Source: Octopus bimaculoides (Eukaryota). From it: DNA of 34,408 nt. The notes under the pieces were generated by a model. It saw nothing but the letters and a program-made list of their open reading frames with translations. It did not search any database and was not told the origin of the DNA. A program made the position numbers and the translations under genes. Of this stretch, positions 1 to 10,844 are shown piece after piece. Location of the stretch: the NCBI RefSeq assembly GCF_001194135.2, contig NC_068981.1, forward strand, positions 145,926,361-145,960,768, read 5' to 3'. How positions within the stretch are numbered: position 1 is the first letter of the stretch; every line of letters starts with the position of its first letter.

Positions 1-39
1 ATATATGTATAGATATATATAGATATACATACACTTATA

Positions 40-258
40 TGAGAAGGTGCTGAAAAGTTCCTGGCTTTGGGTAAATGAAAATACAGGAGGATCAGTTCAT
101 TATGATTTTATTCAACATATTCTCCTCTCAGATTCATACACTTATTGCAGTGGTCCTCCAGTTTTTATAAGCCCTGTAAAAAAAAACTTGAAAAGATGGG
201 CCTCCAGCCAGGCCTTTCACAATACCCTTAAAGCCAGGAACTTTTCAGCACCCCCTTG
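40..258. mobile_element. Mariner-derived MITE (~220 bp)
   Basis: ~30-bp terminal inverted repeats (left tgagaaggtgctgaaaagttcctggcttt; right aaagccaggaacttttcagcacccccttg), flanked by TA at 38-39 and 259-260. Confidence 0.85.
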
Positions 259-989
259 TATGCACACACACACACATGCCTCATTGCTTTTGGTGCCTAA
301 TCAATTTCTTAGATCACTTTTGTGCTCACTCTTTCATCCCCTGTCAAATTACAATTGAACACATATTGTGCAATTTTTACTCAACTCATTTTTCTCAAGA
401 CATTGCTGCTGGCTATCTGGATAATTTCCTTGTTCTACATCAAGTATACAAAACTTACATAAAACCTACCGTTGGTCTGGAAATTGAGTATTTCTTTGTT
501 GTAAATCTGTATAACGATTTATTAACTCTTTTCAGTATTGCATATCTGATACTGTCCTGTTTGGCTAAGTCATAATGTAAGAAATAGGTTTTCTTTTCAT
601 CATTAAAATGTGGATATGTTTTATTTGTTGATGGGTAAAAATATCCTATTTCAGTAACTAACATTATAAATATTGTCTTTCTTTTTTTTTACTAGGTGTT
701 ATACTTAGTAAAAAAATAACAAACAATTCACACACAAACTATATATGAACTATATACTTGGAAGAAAAGAAAAATCTTGTTAAATAGAACACAGCTTGTA
801 TTATATCTACATTATTGCTTGTTATAAATTGATGCCACTGGCTGCATATATAAAAACAGTTATTCTTTTGTTAAACCTCTTTTAGAGCAAGGTTTCATGT
901 AACCTTTTTTTTTTTTATATATATATAATTGTATTTTACATTATAAAGACTAATGGTGAAGAGGATTGACCTGCAAGAGTCCTGTGTCA

Positions 990-1226
990 CTCTCACATAA
1001 AAGCACTTGTGCTGGTGCCATGTAAAAGTGCCTGTGTGGTGCCACATAAAAGCACCCAGTACACACTGTAAAGTGGTTGGCATTAGGAAGGGCTTCCGGC
1101 CATAGAAACCATACCAAATCAGACTGGAGCCTGGTGCAGCTCTCCGGCTTGCCAGCCTTGATCAAATCGTCCAACCCATGCCAGCATGGAAAACAGACAT
1201 TAAATGATGATGATGATGATGATGAT
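990..1226 (+). mobile_element. RTE-LINE 3'-UTR-derived repeat (family C: 5'-truncated RTE or RTE-tailed SINE)
   Basis: Modules gtgccacataaaagcaccc, ttggcattaggaagggc, ccaacccatgccagcatggaaa, ending in a (GAT)n tail; homologous to copies at 24734 and 33034. Confidence 0.8.
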
Positions 1227-1239
1227 GGTGGTGGTGATA

Positions 1240-1558
1240 CAGGGTGTTTGAGATAAATATTTTGCCTAAAAGGAAACAAAAAACAAAAAAACTATCCCAT
1301 CCAAAACTAGAAATATTTTTTAAAAATCAAAAGATATCAACTAGATTATGAAGATAACAGTTTATTCAAACTAGCCACCTTCAGCTTCCACCATGGCCTC
1401 AAGCTAGCTTTAGAACCTGGCTTATGTGTTCCTCGATGTGTCCCTGGGAAGGTCTTTGAACACCTCCTTGATGTTTGCCACAAGCTCAGCCTTGGCGTTG
1501 CAGACGGAGCAGTTGGTGTCTTTCTTAACTGCACTCCTCATGTAGTCTGAACACCCTA
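1240..1558 (-). mobile_element. Internally deleted Tc1/mariner (maT/DD37D-like) element retaining the transposase C-terminus
   Basis: Ends TA|CAGGGTGTT and acaccctA|TA; minus strand reads DYMRSAVKKDTNCSVCNAKAELVANIKEVFKDLPRDTSRNT*ARF*S*LEAMVEAEGG*FE*, matching the typical DY..W..VE..TN...EAEGG.FE* end. Confidence 0.75.
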
Positions 1559-1945
1559 TAAAAATCACCCCCATCCCACATAATATCTGAATACTTTATG
1601 TGTTTAAATAAATTTAAATGGGAAACAATTAAAGAATATATTATTTTCTACTTATGAAACTGTATTTTTGAAGAAATGGTTTCTAAATAAGAACTTTTAA
1701 TAACTGCAATTTTCCAACATAAATTGTCTCTACATTGTTTGTCTGAGAGTGAGGTAGGTGGGGAAAGTGTATTTGTGTGAGAGAAAGATTTTGGGAGAGC
1801 TGAAATAAGTGAAAAGAAATGAGCTGATAAATGGATTTTATGGAAATATGAAAACACACGTGGGAGAAAAAAAATCTCTCAAAATAAGAGAAAATATATA
1901 TATAAACCTAGAAGCAGTTCTCTCCCTTTAAGGAAACTTCACCCA

Positions 1946-1992
1946 CTCTCTCACTCTCTCTCTTTCTCTCTTTGTCTCTCTCTCTCTCTCTC
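1946..1992. repeat. (TC)n microsatellite
   Basis: Directly visible. Confidence 0.95.
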
Positions 1993-2391
1993 ACAACTAA
2001 AAGCAGCAGCAGTTCAATGTGAAATAACCACGTGTAAAAGAAAAATTACGTTTGACCTAGTAAACTGACAATATGTCAGCACCTCACATTAACATTTCTC
2101 TACTTCTACTTCATTGCAGTATTACCAGTTTTTTAACATCGCTTTTCTTGAATCCTCCTTGTTTTACCTTAAGGTTGAAGCTCAAACTTGGGACTTTTCT
2201 TCATGCATTTTCTGGGATGATTTCCAAATTGAACAATATAAATATTTCATTTTTATTCAAAATATGAATAGAAATATATTTTACAAAAGAAAGACAACGA
2301 AAAAAGTGGAGCAGGATGGGGGGGGGGGAGAAGAGAAAGAAAAAACAGCAATGCTGTTCCAAGTGCTTCAATTAGTTGCAAACCACAAGGT

Positions 2392-2987
2392 TCAATGGAA
2401 CCTACTGAAGCTAGCCAGCATGCTCACAGCATTACCATGGATGATGGTGAGGCTAAGGCATTGGAAAAGCTAAGCACCCTCATGGGCATCACCTGACATC
2501 TCTGTGAGGTGAGCTGCCAACGATGTCAAGAACTTCGCCATTAGTGGCCCATCCCTCCAAACGTCTCCATTGCCACAAGTTGGAAGAGATAGTTCACTGT
2601 CAGGTCTCAATACTTCAGGATTTTGTTCTGTTCGGCTACAGAAGCAGTGACCTTCCCATTTATCACAGCATCCAGAATGTGGGAAGGAGCAAAAGAGTCA
2701 CAGACCATGGCGTCCCAGATGAAGCACCTACCTCTTACCCAGTGACAGAAGGTAAGACCATCTGGTCTCTTCCCATCACTTCTGGATAATCCTGCCAGCT
2801 CCAGAACTGAGAGGATATTAATCTGAGCCCGGCCCCACTTAATGATTAAGTTTAGCTTGATGTGACAGTTAAAACAACCAGCATTTAAGCAGCAAGACAG
2901 ACCATGAAGACCTGTGGGATTGAGGGACCTACCACAAGATTTGTTGAGAAATGGTGAGGTTGTTTCATGGGATCACGTTTCACTTAC
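2392..2987 (-). mobile_element. Degenerate CRE-clade non-LTR retrotransposon 3' ORF end (zinc knuckle + restriction-like endonuclease)
   Basis: Manual translation: SCGRSLNPTGLHGLSCCLNAGCFNCHIKLNLIIK...GLSRSDGKRPDGLTFCHWVRGRCFIWDAMVCDSFAPSH...AEQNKILKY*...AMETFGGMG...LFQCLSLTIIHGNAVSMLAS; contains stops and a frameshift. Confidence 0.85.
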
Positions 2988-2990
2988 TAA

Positions 2991-3810
2991 CACTGGTCAA
3001 CAAATTTATACTCTTTCCTTGTTCCAAAGATGAAACTAGTTAATTTTTTCTAATTTTAGATTGCTGATTACAAAAATCACATTAAATTTTTAATTTCAAA
3101 GATCAGCTAAATTTTTGATTTATGCTGTCATACTCCCTTACAGATTTTCAATAGGAATATGGCACAGTTGAGAGCATTGATTGCATCATCTCGATAAAAG
3201 AGTAGGCTACGAGTATATAAGAGATATATGGCAATCATCCATATAAACACATCAATGTTTCTCAACCATTTTTTGCTTATAGACCCCTGTGATTCCTATT
3301 TTAAAAACATGCCATTATATTTTTATAATTAAATATTAGGAATTGTATAAAAATAATTGTTAAAATATTCTGTGCATTATAGAAGTATAATAAATTGATT
3401 GCACATAAACTTTAGCAACAAAATTTTGTATGGGTTCCCAGGGGTCATGTGGACTCCATTTGAGAACCACTAGCCTACATCGTTCCTCATTCAAATTGTA
3501 AGGTGTTGTGTGGTACCTCTTGCATCAAATATAGTTGAGAACTACATTTAGCCATTTAAAATGCCTCAGAAACTGTAAATAATTTTTTTCTTTTGCATTT
3601 GGGGGCAGTTCACTCCTAAATCACAAGAATGTAAATTTACCTCAACAATAAGAAAGGGTTACCATCTATATTTTGGTTGCAAAATAGGTGATCAAGGTGA
3701 GAGATGGGCACTTTATATTTGATGCATCTCTCGTTCATGGTGTTTAAAAATGTGGATACATGGCCAATGGAAGTACATAACCTTTGAAGTACCCTTTGTA
3801 TAAAAAGAAG
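2991..3810 (+). mobile_element. 5' fragment of Chapaev3-like (CMC superfamily) DNA transposon
   Basis: Starts TAA|CACTGGTCAACAAA; ATG at 3561, then frameshifted FFCIWGQFTPKSQECKFTSTIRKGYHLYFGCKIGDQ..WALYI*C..WIHGQWKYITFEVPFV, matching the recalled Chapaev FCYICG...YFG.KIGDQDK.WAPH...PM.WREP motif. Confidence 0.75.
3253..3472. mobile_element. hAT (Charlie-like) MITE nested in the Chapaev3 fragment
   Basis: Termini CAATGTTTCTCAACC / tttgagaaccacta and subterminal inverted gacccctg / caggggtc; the 8-bp TSD is only partly preserved. Confidence 0.65.
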
Positions 3811-3816
3811 CTGTAT

Positions 3817-4165
3817 AGGTACAAGTGTGGCTGTGTACTTAAGAAACTTGCGTCCCAACCATGTCTCAGTTTCAGTTCCACTGTGTGGCAATGTGAGCAA
3901 GTATCTTCTACTATAGCCATGGGCCAACTAAAGCCTTGTGAGTAGATTTCATAGATGGAAATTGAAAGAAGCCTGTTGTGTGTGTGTGTGTGGGGGGGGG
4001 GTACCCTTGTCTTGACATGATGGTTGTAAAGGAGTATCACCTTCATATATGCAATTCTGTTCATTTCTAGTCTTTCATAGAAAACATGTCTGGCCATAGG
4101 GAAATATTACCCTGTTTCAAAACAGATATGGGTTGGTGACAGGGAGGGCATCTGGTCATAGAAAT
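3817..4165 (+). mobile_element. tRNA-derived SINE, family A head with RTE-like tail (variant A2)
   Basis: A-box gtggctgtgt, CORE-like gagcaagtatcttctactatagcc, (TG)n spacer, then ccttgtcttgacat...gggttggtgacagggagggcatc. Confidence 0.75.
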
Positions 4166-4588
4166 AAAGTTATTTGGATTATTGGAAAATAAAGTTTTTT
4201 GAAATATTCAAGGAATAAATTCAAAACTATTAAAATGTTCTTGACTGTTTATAATTTTCAGAGAATAATTAGAAGACTACCTGAAGCCAAAGATGTTAAC
4301 TTGGGAAAGTATTTATTTCACAGAATGGTATTATTGCTAGCATTTGGATGTCTGTTATGAAATATGATCTTTGACCACCAGCTGGCTGAAAGTTTCTAAA
4401 AATGCTTTGTTTATTTGGCTTCTTTTGAATTTGGAATGTTTTGGTTCTTCTCTTGCTCTCTTCTCAAGTTCTCATAGGAAGTACTAATCTCTTATAGCCT
4501 GTTACGTTGTTGGAACATAAAAAAAAAAAAAAAAAAATTCAGTCTTTGTTGGGTAATTTACAAGAAAATACATTTGAGTAGTTTTCAG

Positions 4589-4610
4589 GTTTCTTCTTCA
4601 TTGACTCATG
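4589..4610 (+). CDS. Candidate 22-nt internal exon, host gene A (GFFFIDSW frame)
   Basis: ttttcag acceptor and ATG|gtaagt donor; phase fits the exon at 5402. No homology recognised. Confidence 0.45.
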
Positions 4611-5240
4611 GTAAGTTCCTGCTACTTATTGCACTCAGTTAATCATTGTAGATATTTAGAGCTGAGCAAAGTGGGTCACTGAACATGATCTTATTAAGAC
4701 ATACAATAATAGTGCTAATGATATGATACAAACTCACCACTCATTGGCTACTCAACTCGGCCAACTGTAACCCAAACTACAAATCTTTATACATGAACAA
4801 ATACAACACAGCTGTCAATCCATTTCACCATGTTGATTCAAGCTGAAATTTCTGTTATAGTGAATAACTAAAAGTTCAAAGAACAAATTCATATATATGT
4901 TTACTTGGGTAAAAATCTGGAATCAGAAGAAAATGATGATAGTCTCTGTCAGCAGCAATTTAGGGAGATCATAGATGATTTGGATAGGTTTAATTGATGT
5001 GAGTAGTGAAGAATGTAATGTTTTGGGCCTTGCCTTTGTACTTTGAAAGTAAGGAAGATAAAGTAGGATTGCTTTGACTGCTTACGCAAGTTATTGAAAT
5101 AATGTTTTCTGTGAATTCCTTCTCTATCTTTGCTTGCTATAAGTAATCTTAATTCATTGTTTTCGTGTGTGTTCTAAAATGCATTTATTGTTATTTGCAC
5201 TTTATTTTTTGTTATTGTTTACATGACATTTTGCTCACAG

Positions 5241-5298
5241 GTTGAAAGATTTTGTAGTGTTGAATTTACAAATATTTAGCTATTGTGATGAAATATAG
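5241..5298 (+). CDS. Candidate duplicated exon copy 1 (LKDFVVLNLQIFSYCDEI*), possibly alternative terminal or dead exon
   Basis: Shares tttgctcacag|GTTGAAAGATT with the copy at 5402; lacks GT at the equivalent donor position and reads to TAG. Confidence 0.35.
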
Positions 5299-5401
5299 CC
5301 ACTGCTACTATGTTTTGATGTGTGCATAAAATCTTTTGTATTTTTGTTGAGTTATTATTGTCAATAGTCCTACATTTACTGCTACAGTCATTTGCTCACA
5401 G

Positions 5402-5432
5402 GTTGAAAGATTACTTTGTTATAAATAAACAG
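5402..5432 (+). CDS. Candidate 31-nt exon copy 2 (LKDYFVINKQ), host gene A
   Basis: tttgctcacag acceptor, CAG|gtgtgt donor, open frame continuing from 4589-4610. Confidence 0.5.
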
Positions 5433-5828
5433 GTGTGTGGAAGAATGAGTAGGGCATCACACATAATACCTTGTGGTATATAGTCAGATTGCAATGTGCT
5501 CTGCATTCACATCTGTCTCAGGTTAATTATGTGTTTCAGCCCTCTAGTATCAGTAAAACAAAAAAACTAACCCAAGTGCTGGGTCAGATTCATCAGTCAT
5601 AATATATTATTAGGTGTCAAAAATGTTCATTGTATATGTATTATTATCATTATTACATAATACATTAAATGTGGAAATAACTATATTTTTAATGCTTAAA
5701 ATGATTAAAATTTAATAACTCAAAAACAAATATATTTGTGTGTATGTGTGAACATATGTGCATTTGTGTATGTGTAGGTGCATGTAAGTGTGGGTGTGTA
5801 TATATATAGTATATTTCTCCCACACGCT

Positions 5829-6024
5829 TATCTGATGGGCAATGTGAAAGCTAGGGATAGATGAGTGGTTAGCGAGAGCTGTAAAAGCCATGTACAGGTA
5901 CGCTGTCAGTATGTGAAAGTTGCCAATGAGTATAGCAAAGAAATTTAGTGTGCAAGTAGGAGTCTACCGGGGATCAGTTCTCAGCCCCCTCTTGTTTATT
6001 ATAGTCCTCCAAGCTATAACAGAG
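5829..6024 (+). mobile_element. RTE-clade LINE reverse transcriptase fragment
   Basis: KLGIDEWLARAVKAMYR...VQVGVYRGSVLSPLLFIIVLQAITE, the GV.QGSVLSPLLF motif of RTE RT. Confidence 0.85.
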
Positions 6025-6380
6025 CCTCTCCTCAGGTTGGTCAGAATCTGAATGAATGGGGAGGTGCTGGAAGTCTAAGATGGCTACTGGTAAATGGGCT
6101 GCAATTGGTCAAGGAAGGTCATTTGATGTCACAGAATAGCTTAGTAAGTGACAGCAGTTACTTGAGAAAATGGAGTTTCTTTCGCCGTGTGGTTGGACAG
6201 GAAATTGGTGGCGACAGTGCATCTAGATGTGGGGTCAATGGGGCATATGGGCATATAAGTATGTGTGTGCATCTACCCACACTCACATATGTGCACCACT
6301 AAACTTTCTCACTACCAGGAACCATTTCACTTGACATCCAACCTTAATACTGTCCTCTCCACCAACAGTTTTCATTAATC

Positions 6381-6785
6381 CCACTAACAGGGAATGTATT
6401 TGTATGTGGTAGATGTGAAGGAGCGATAAACTCAAAGAATTCATGGAAGATAGATTTTTTTTCAAATACTCAGGAGGCTCCCTAGAGGTAGTAGATAGTT
6501 TCAGTTACAAAAGTGTGGAGGAAAGTTGCCAGAATAATAGTAAAATGGAGAAAGTTTGGGGAGTTATTACCTCTATTGGCAACAAAAGCTCTCTCTTTCT
6601 GAGTGAAAGGCTGATTGTATGTTTGTGTGTGAATTACATGACAGTGAAACATAGGCCCTGAATGTGGAGAACATGCAAAGACCAGAAAGGAATGAAGACA
6701 ACATGCTCTATTGGATGTGCAACATCAGTGTTCATGTACAAGAAAGTGAACATGTATTGAGAGAAATAATTAGGCATAAGAGGAA
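6381..6785 (+). mobile_element. RTE-clade LINE RT C-terminal fragment
   Basis: Frameshifted pieces FVCGRCEGAIN, GGSLEVVDSF, ERNEDNMLYWMCNISVHV, LGIRG. Confidence 0.8.
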
Positions 6786-7076
6786 GCCAGTCAAGCAGCA
6801 TTGGCATTGACCATGCTCGAATGGTGCTTTTTACATACCCCAGCACAGGTGCCAGTCAGGCAGCACTGGCATCGGTCTTCTCAAGCACAGCATATTGCTT
6901 AATGATTGAAGGGGTACTTTCAAAGAGGCCAGTTATGCGACGCTGTCATCAGCCATGGCTACGATCTCACTTGGCTTGCCGGGTCTTCTCGGGCACAGCA
7001 TATCTCCAGGTCTTGCCTGCTTGTCATTGCCTCTGTGATGCTTCACCACCTCATCCCATGTCTTTCACAGGTTCTC
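6786..7076 (-). mobile_element. RTE LINE ORF end and 3'UTR
   Basis: Minus strand reads KTWDEVVKH...EAMTSRQDLEICCARED / EKTRQAK*, followed by the gatgccagtgctgcctgactggc...gtaaaaagcacc modules that make up family C. Confidence 0.8.
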
Positions 7077-7532
7077 NNNNNNNNNNNNNNNNNNNNNNNN
7101 NNNNNNNNNNNNNNNNNNNNNNNNNNNNNNNNNNNNNNNNNNNNNNNNNNNNNNNNNNNNNNNNNNNNNNNNNNNNNNNNNNNNNNNNNNNNNNNNNNNN
7201 NNNNNNNNNNNNNNNNNNNNNNNNNNNNNNNNNNNNNNNNNNNNNNNNNNNNNNNNNNNNNNNNNNNNNNNNNNNNNNNNNNNNNNNNNNNNNNNNNNNN
7301 NNNNNNNNNNNNNNNNNNNNNNNNNNNNNNNNNNNNNNNNNNNNNNNNNNNNNNNNNNNNNNNNNNNNNNNNNNNNNNNNNNNNNNNNNNNNNNNNNNNN
7401 NNNNNNNNNNNNNNNNNNNNNNNNNNNNNNNNNNNNNNNNNNNNNNNNNNNNNNNNNNNNNNNNNNNNNNNNNNNNNNNNNNNNNNNNNNNNNNNNNNNN
7501 NNNNNNNNNNNNNNNNNNNNNNNNNNNNNNNN
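7077..7532. other. Assembly gap
   Basis: N run, with (AT)n on its right flank. Confidence 1.
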
Positions 7533-7554
7533 ATATATATATATATACATACAT

Positions 7555-7585
<31 letters not shown>

Positions 7586-8323
7586 CATACATGCATATGT
7601 ACTTGTATGCATGTGTATATATACATACTCATACGTGTTTCATCATCGTTTAACAATGTATGTGTGTATGTACATAATATATATATATACACACACACAC
7701 ATGTATAGATAAACATATTCATATGTGATATATGTGTAAAAAGGTTGAATTAGATTTGTCCTTTAATTTGGAGGTTTCCAAAAACAGATTTCTAATATAG
7801 ATTCTTCATATTCTGTTGGTAGCTCACTGGCGTAATATTGCAAATATGAAAATAATACTTGTATATAGTGTGTTGTGAATTTATGGAAAGAAATCCCATA
7901 AAACTCAACAATTTTGATAAAAATGGAGAAGAGAAGGTGTTAAAATATATAAGAGAATTTTAACTCATGTGATGATCGTTTTGTACAGCGATATAAAAAT
8001 CATGCAAATTCATGGTTGAATAGACTTAATTAAATTAGTTAGATTAAATTAAATTAATTATATATCACTGTACTCTTCAGTGCAAAAAGTCTAAACAATA
8101 TTGTTTTTACAAAGGATTTGAGAAAGGAAAAAGCAAAATAGGATCTAGGAGATTCAGATTTATCCATATGAGAAAGAAAGATGTGTGTGAGTCCAGTTAT
8201 GTATTAACTAAAACTAAAGGCTATAACAGTTATTTGAAAATATGAGAGAGGTTTTAGAGATGTTCCCTCTATAGATGAGAAAAGAGATTAGAAATATACA
8301 TACATATTCATAAATATGTGTGT

Positions 8324-8487
8324 GTGGCTGTGTGGTAAGTAGCTTGCTTACCAACCACATGGTTCCGGGTTCAGTCCCACTGCATGACACCTTGGGCAAG
8401 TGTCTTCTACTATAGCCTCGGGCTGACCAAAGCCTTACGAGTGGATTTGGTAGACGGAAACTGAAAGAAGCCCGTCGTATATATGTA

Positions 8488-8538
<51 letters not shown>

Positions 8539-8747
8539 ATGTATGTGTGTGTATATGTTTGTCCCGCAGCATCGCTTGACAACCGATGGTGGTGTGTTTA
8601 CGTCCCCGTAACTTAGCGGTTCGGTAAAAAGAGACTGATAGAATAAGTACTAGGCTTCCAAAGAATAAGTCCTGGGGTCGACTTGCTCGACTAAAGGCGG
8701 TGCTCCTGCATGGCGGCAGTCAAATGACTGAAACAAGTAAAAGAGTA
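8324..8747 (+). mobile_element. Near full-length young tRNA-derived SINE family A (octopus OR-like, CORE-type)
   Basis: A box tggctgtgtggtaag, B box ggttcagtccc, ccttgggcaagtgtcttc core, internal (TA/TG)n, tail gactgaaacaagtaaaagagta; CpGs retained. Confidence 0.9.
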
Positions 8748-9351
8748 TATGTGTGTATTTGTGTGTGTGTTTGTGTGTATGCATATTTTTTCCTGTCTCT
8801 GAAATTGATTTTGCCTTCCAGTCCATTGTTAATTCTCTCGTTCATCTCCACATCCTGGATTTTTCCATTAAGACATTTTTTTTTTCCTTTTGTGTTCCTT
8901 TGAAGAAAGTCTTGATATCATCTTTGCATGGTGGGCCTTATTAACATTGGGATATGTTGACTATGTCCTAGATATTCACTCATTGCATTCAAGTGTTTGC
9001 TTCTTTGTATTACTAGGTTAATCCATTATTCTCTCTCAGTGTGTTATATTCATTTGTTTTGTGGAATAATGTGTTAGTAGGTTATTCTATTGAGTTGGTG
9101 GGTTCTTATTATTCTTGTGTCAATACTTTTTAATCTTGTCTTAATGATTTCTGAATATTAGAACACCATGGAATATTTGTAATGCTAAAGGCTGGGCATA
9201 TACCAATGCTGGATATGTGAGTTGCCACAGCATTTGATTAGCATCATATGTATTGTTACTGTTAGCCTGTTCCAGCCGACTATTTTCATAACACCTGTAC
9301 TACCTCCATGACATTAAATAATTCATGTGAATATATGAATTTTAGAATTAA

Positions 9352-9698
9352 TCTTTTACTTGAGTTAGTCATTAGACTGCAACCAGTACTTATCTTTTCA
9401 GCCCGGTACTCATTCTATCATTCTCTTTTTGTTGAATCTCTAAGTTACAAGGATGTAAACACACCAACACTGGTTGTCAAGCAGTGGTGGGGTAAAAATA
9501 CAGACACAAAGACACACACATACACACACGTATATGTATATGTGATAGACTTTTTCAGTTTCCGTCTACCAAATCCACTCACAAGGCTTTGGTTGACCTG
9601 AGGCTATAGTAGAAGACACTTACCCAAGGTGTCACACAGAATGACTGTGCCTGGAACCATGTAGTTAAGAAGCAAACTTCTTACCACATAGACACGCT
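9352..9698 (-). mobile_element. SINE family A (older copy)
   Basis: Reverse-complement match to 8324-8747. Confidence 0.85.
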
Positions 9699-10254
9699 AA
9701 CAAACATGCTTAAGAATAACAATTTATTATGATGGTCAGTTAAATCCATAATCTCATTATGCCATAAGCATAGCTGATAGCCTGATTTGTTACGCAGAGA
9801 CTAGGTTAGGTGTTCGTGTCATTCATTTAAACATGCCTTGTACATATTTTATGAGTTTCCAGACTGATGAGTGACAAACTTGACTTCAGTATGATTGATG
9901 AACCTATATAATTGTTTTATTAAAAAATAAAAAAATAATAAATAGATGAAATAAATTTAGATCTTATTATATTGTAGGGATGTCTAAACAAAGCAAATGA
10001 AAATAATTTGCTTAGGTAGCTGAAGGTTTAGTGGAATGACACTTTCATGTATACATGGTGCAATGAATTGTATGTGAACTCTGCAGTAACCCCCCCCCCC
10101 CGCAAAACGCTTAATGTTGGGTCTTTTAAAGTGATGAGCCATTTATAACGTAACTTAACAGGTGATGGGAGTGGGTAGTGATATAATGTATGGCATGAAT
10201 TTCTAGAATTATTGCCCTTGTTGACAATGTCGAGAGATATGAATCAATGACAAG

Positions 10255-10425
10255 TATCTGTGAGATTGCTTGATATGCTAGAAATAGAAGCCAAATTCCT
10301 TCAGTTCAGATCCTACCATTTTTCTAAAAACTAAGACACGTTGGACAATGTGATTTACAAAAAAGTGGAAAGGTCATGATTGGATGATCTTTGATATGTT
10401 TGCTCAATTAAGGCTGGTTAACAGC
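10255..10425 (-). repeat. Dispersed repeat family D
   Basis: Reverse complement resembles 14020-14200 and 34205-34270 (gatttggctgctatttc.agca motif). Confidence 0.6.
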
Positions 10426-10530
10426 ATAAAATATATTTTAGAGATGTAATAATGCCTAATGAGAAATTTGGAGCTTCAAAATGATTGTAAATGCAGGAAA
10501 AAGAAGTCTGGGAAATATGAGTTGTTCAAT

Positions 10531-10746
10531 ATTCTTTTCTACTCTAGGCACAAGGCCCAAAATTTTTGGGGACAGGGGCCAGTCGATTATGTCGGCCCCA
10601 GTATGCAACTGGTACTTAGTTTATCGACCCTGGAAGGATGAAAGGCAATGTCAACCTTGGCGGAATTTGAACTCAGAACGTAAAGACAGACGAAATGCCA
10701 CTAAGCATTTTGCCCGGCATGTTAATGTTTCTGCCAGCTCGCCACC
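10531..10746 (-). mobile_element. tRNA-derived SINE family B
   Basis: Minus strand: ggtggcgagctggcagaaac...gagttcaaattccgcc...ctttcatccttccagggtcgataaactaagtaccag...gccttgtgcctagagtagaaaagaat. Confidence 0.85.
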
Positions 10747-10803
10747 TTAAATTAGGAATTTAAGCATCTATTGTCTGGCAAAAGATAAATCTATCTGTCT
10801 GTC

Positions 10804-10840
<37 letters not shown>

Positions 10841-10844
<4 letters not shown>

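Noticed and set aside
276-575. 99-aa ORF with protein-like middle (DIAAGYLDNFLVLHQ)
   Set aside because: No recognisable motif. An acceptor near 399 exists but the donors are weak, so it cannot be supported.
3640-3700. Apparent exon ending CAAG|gtgaga
   Set aside because: It lies within the Chapaev3 transposase relic.
8324-8400. tRNA-like A/B boxes here and at 18901
   Set aside because: These are SINE heads with no complete cloverleaf and continue into SINE bodies; they are not tRNA genes.
9725-9910. Possible C/D-box snoRNA motifs (atgatgg...ctga)
   Set aside because: The C box is imperfect and no terminal stem or guide complementarity was recognised.
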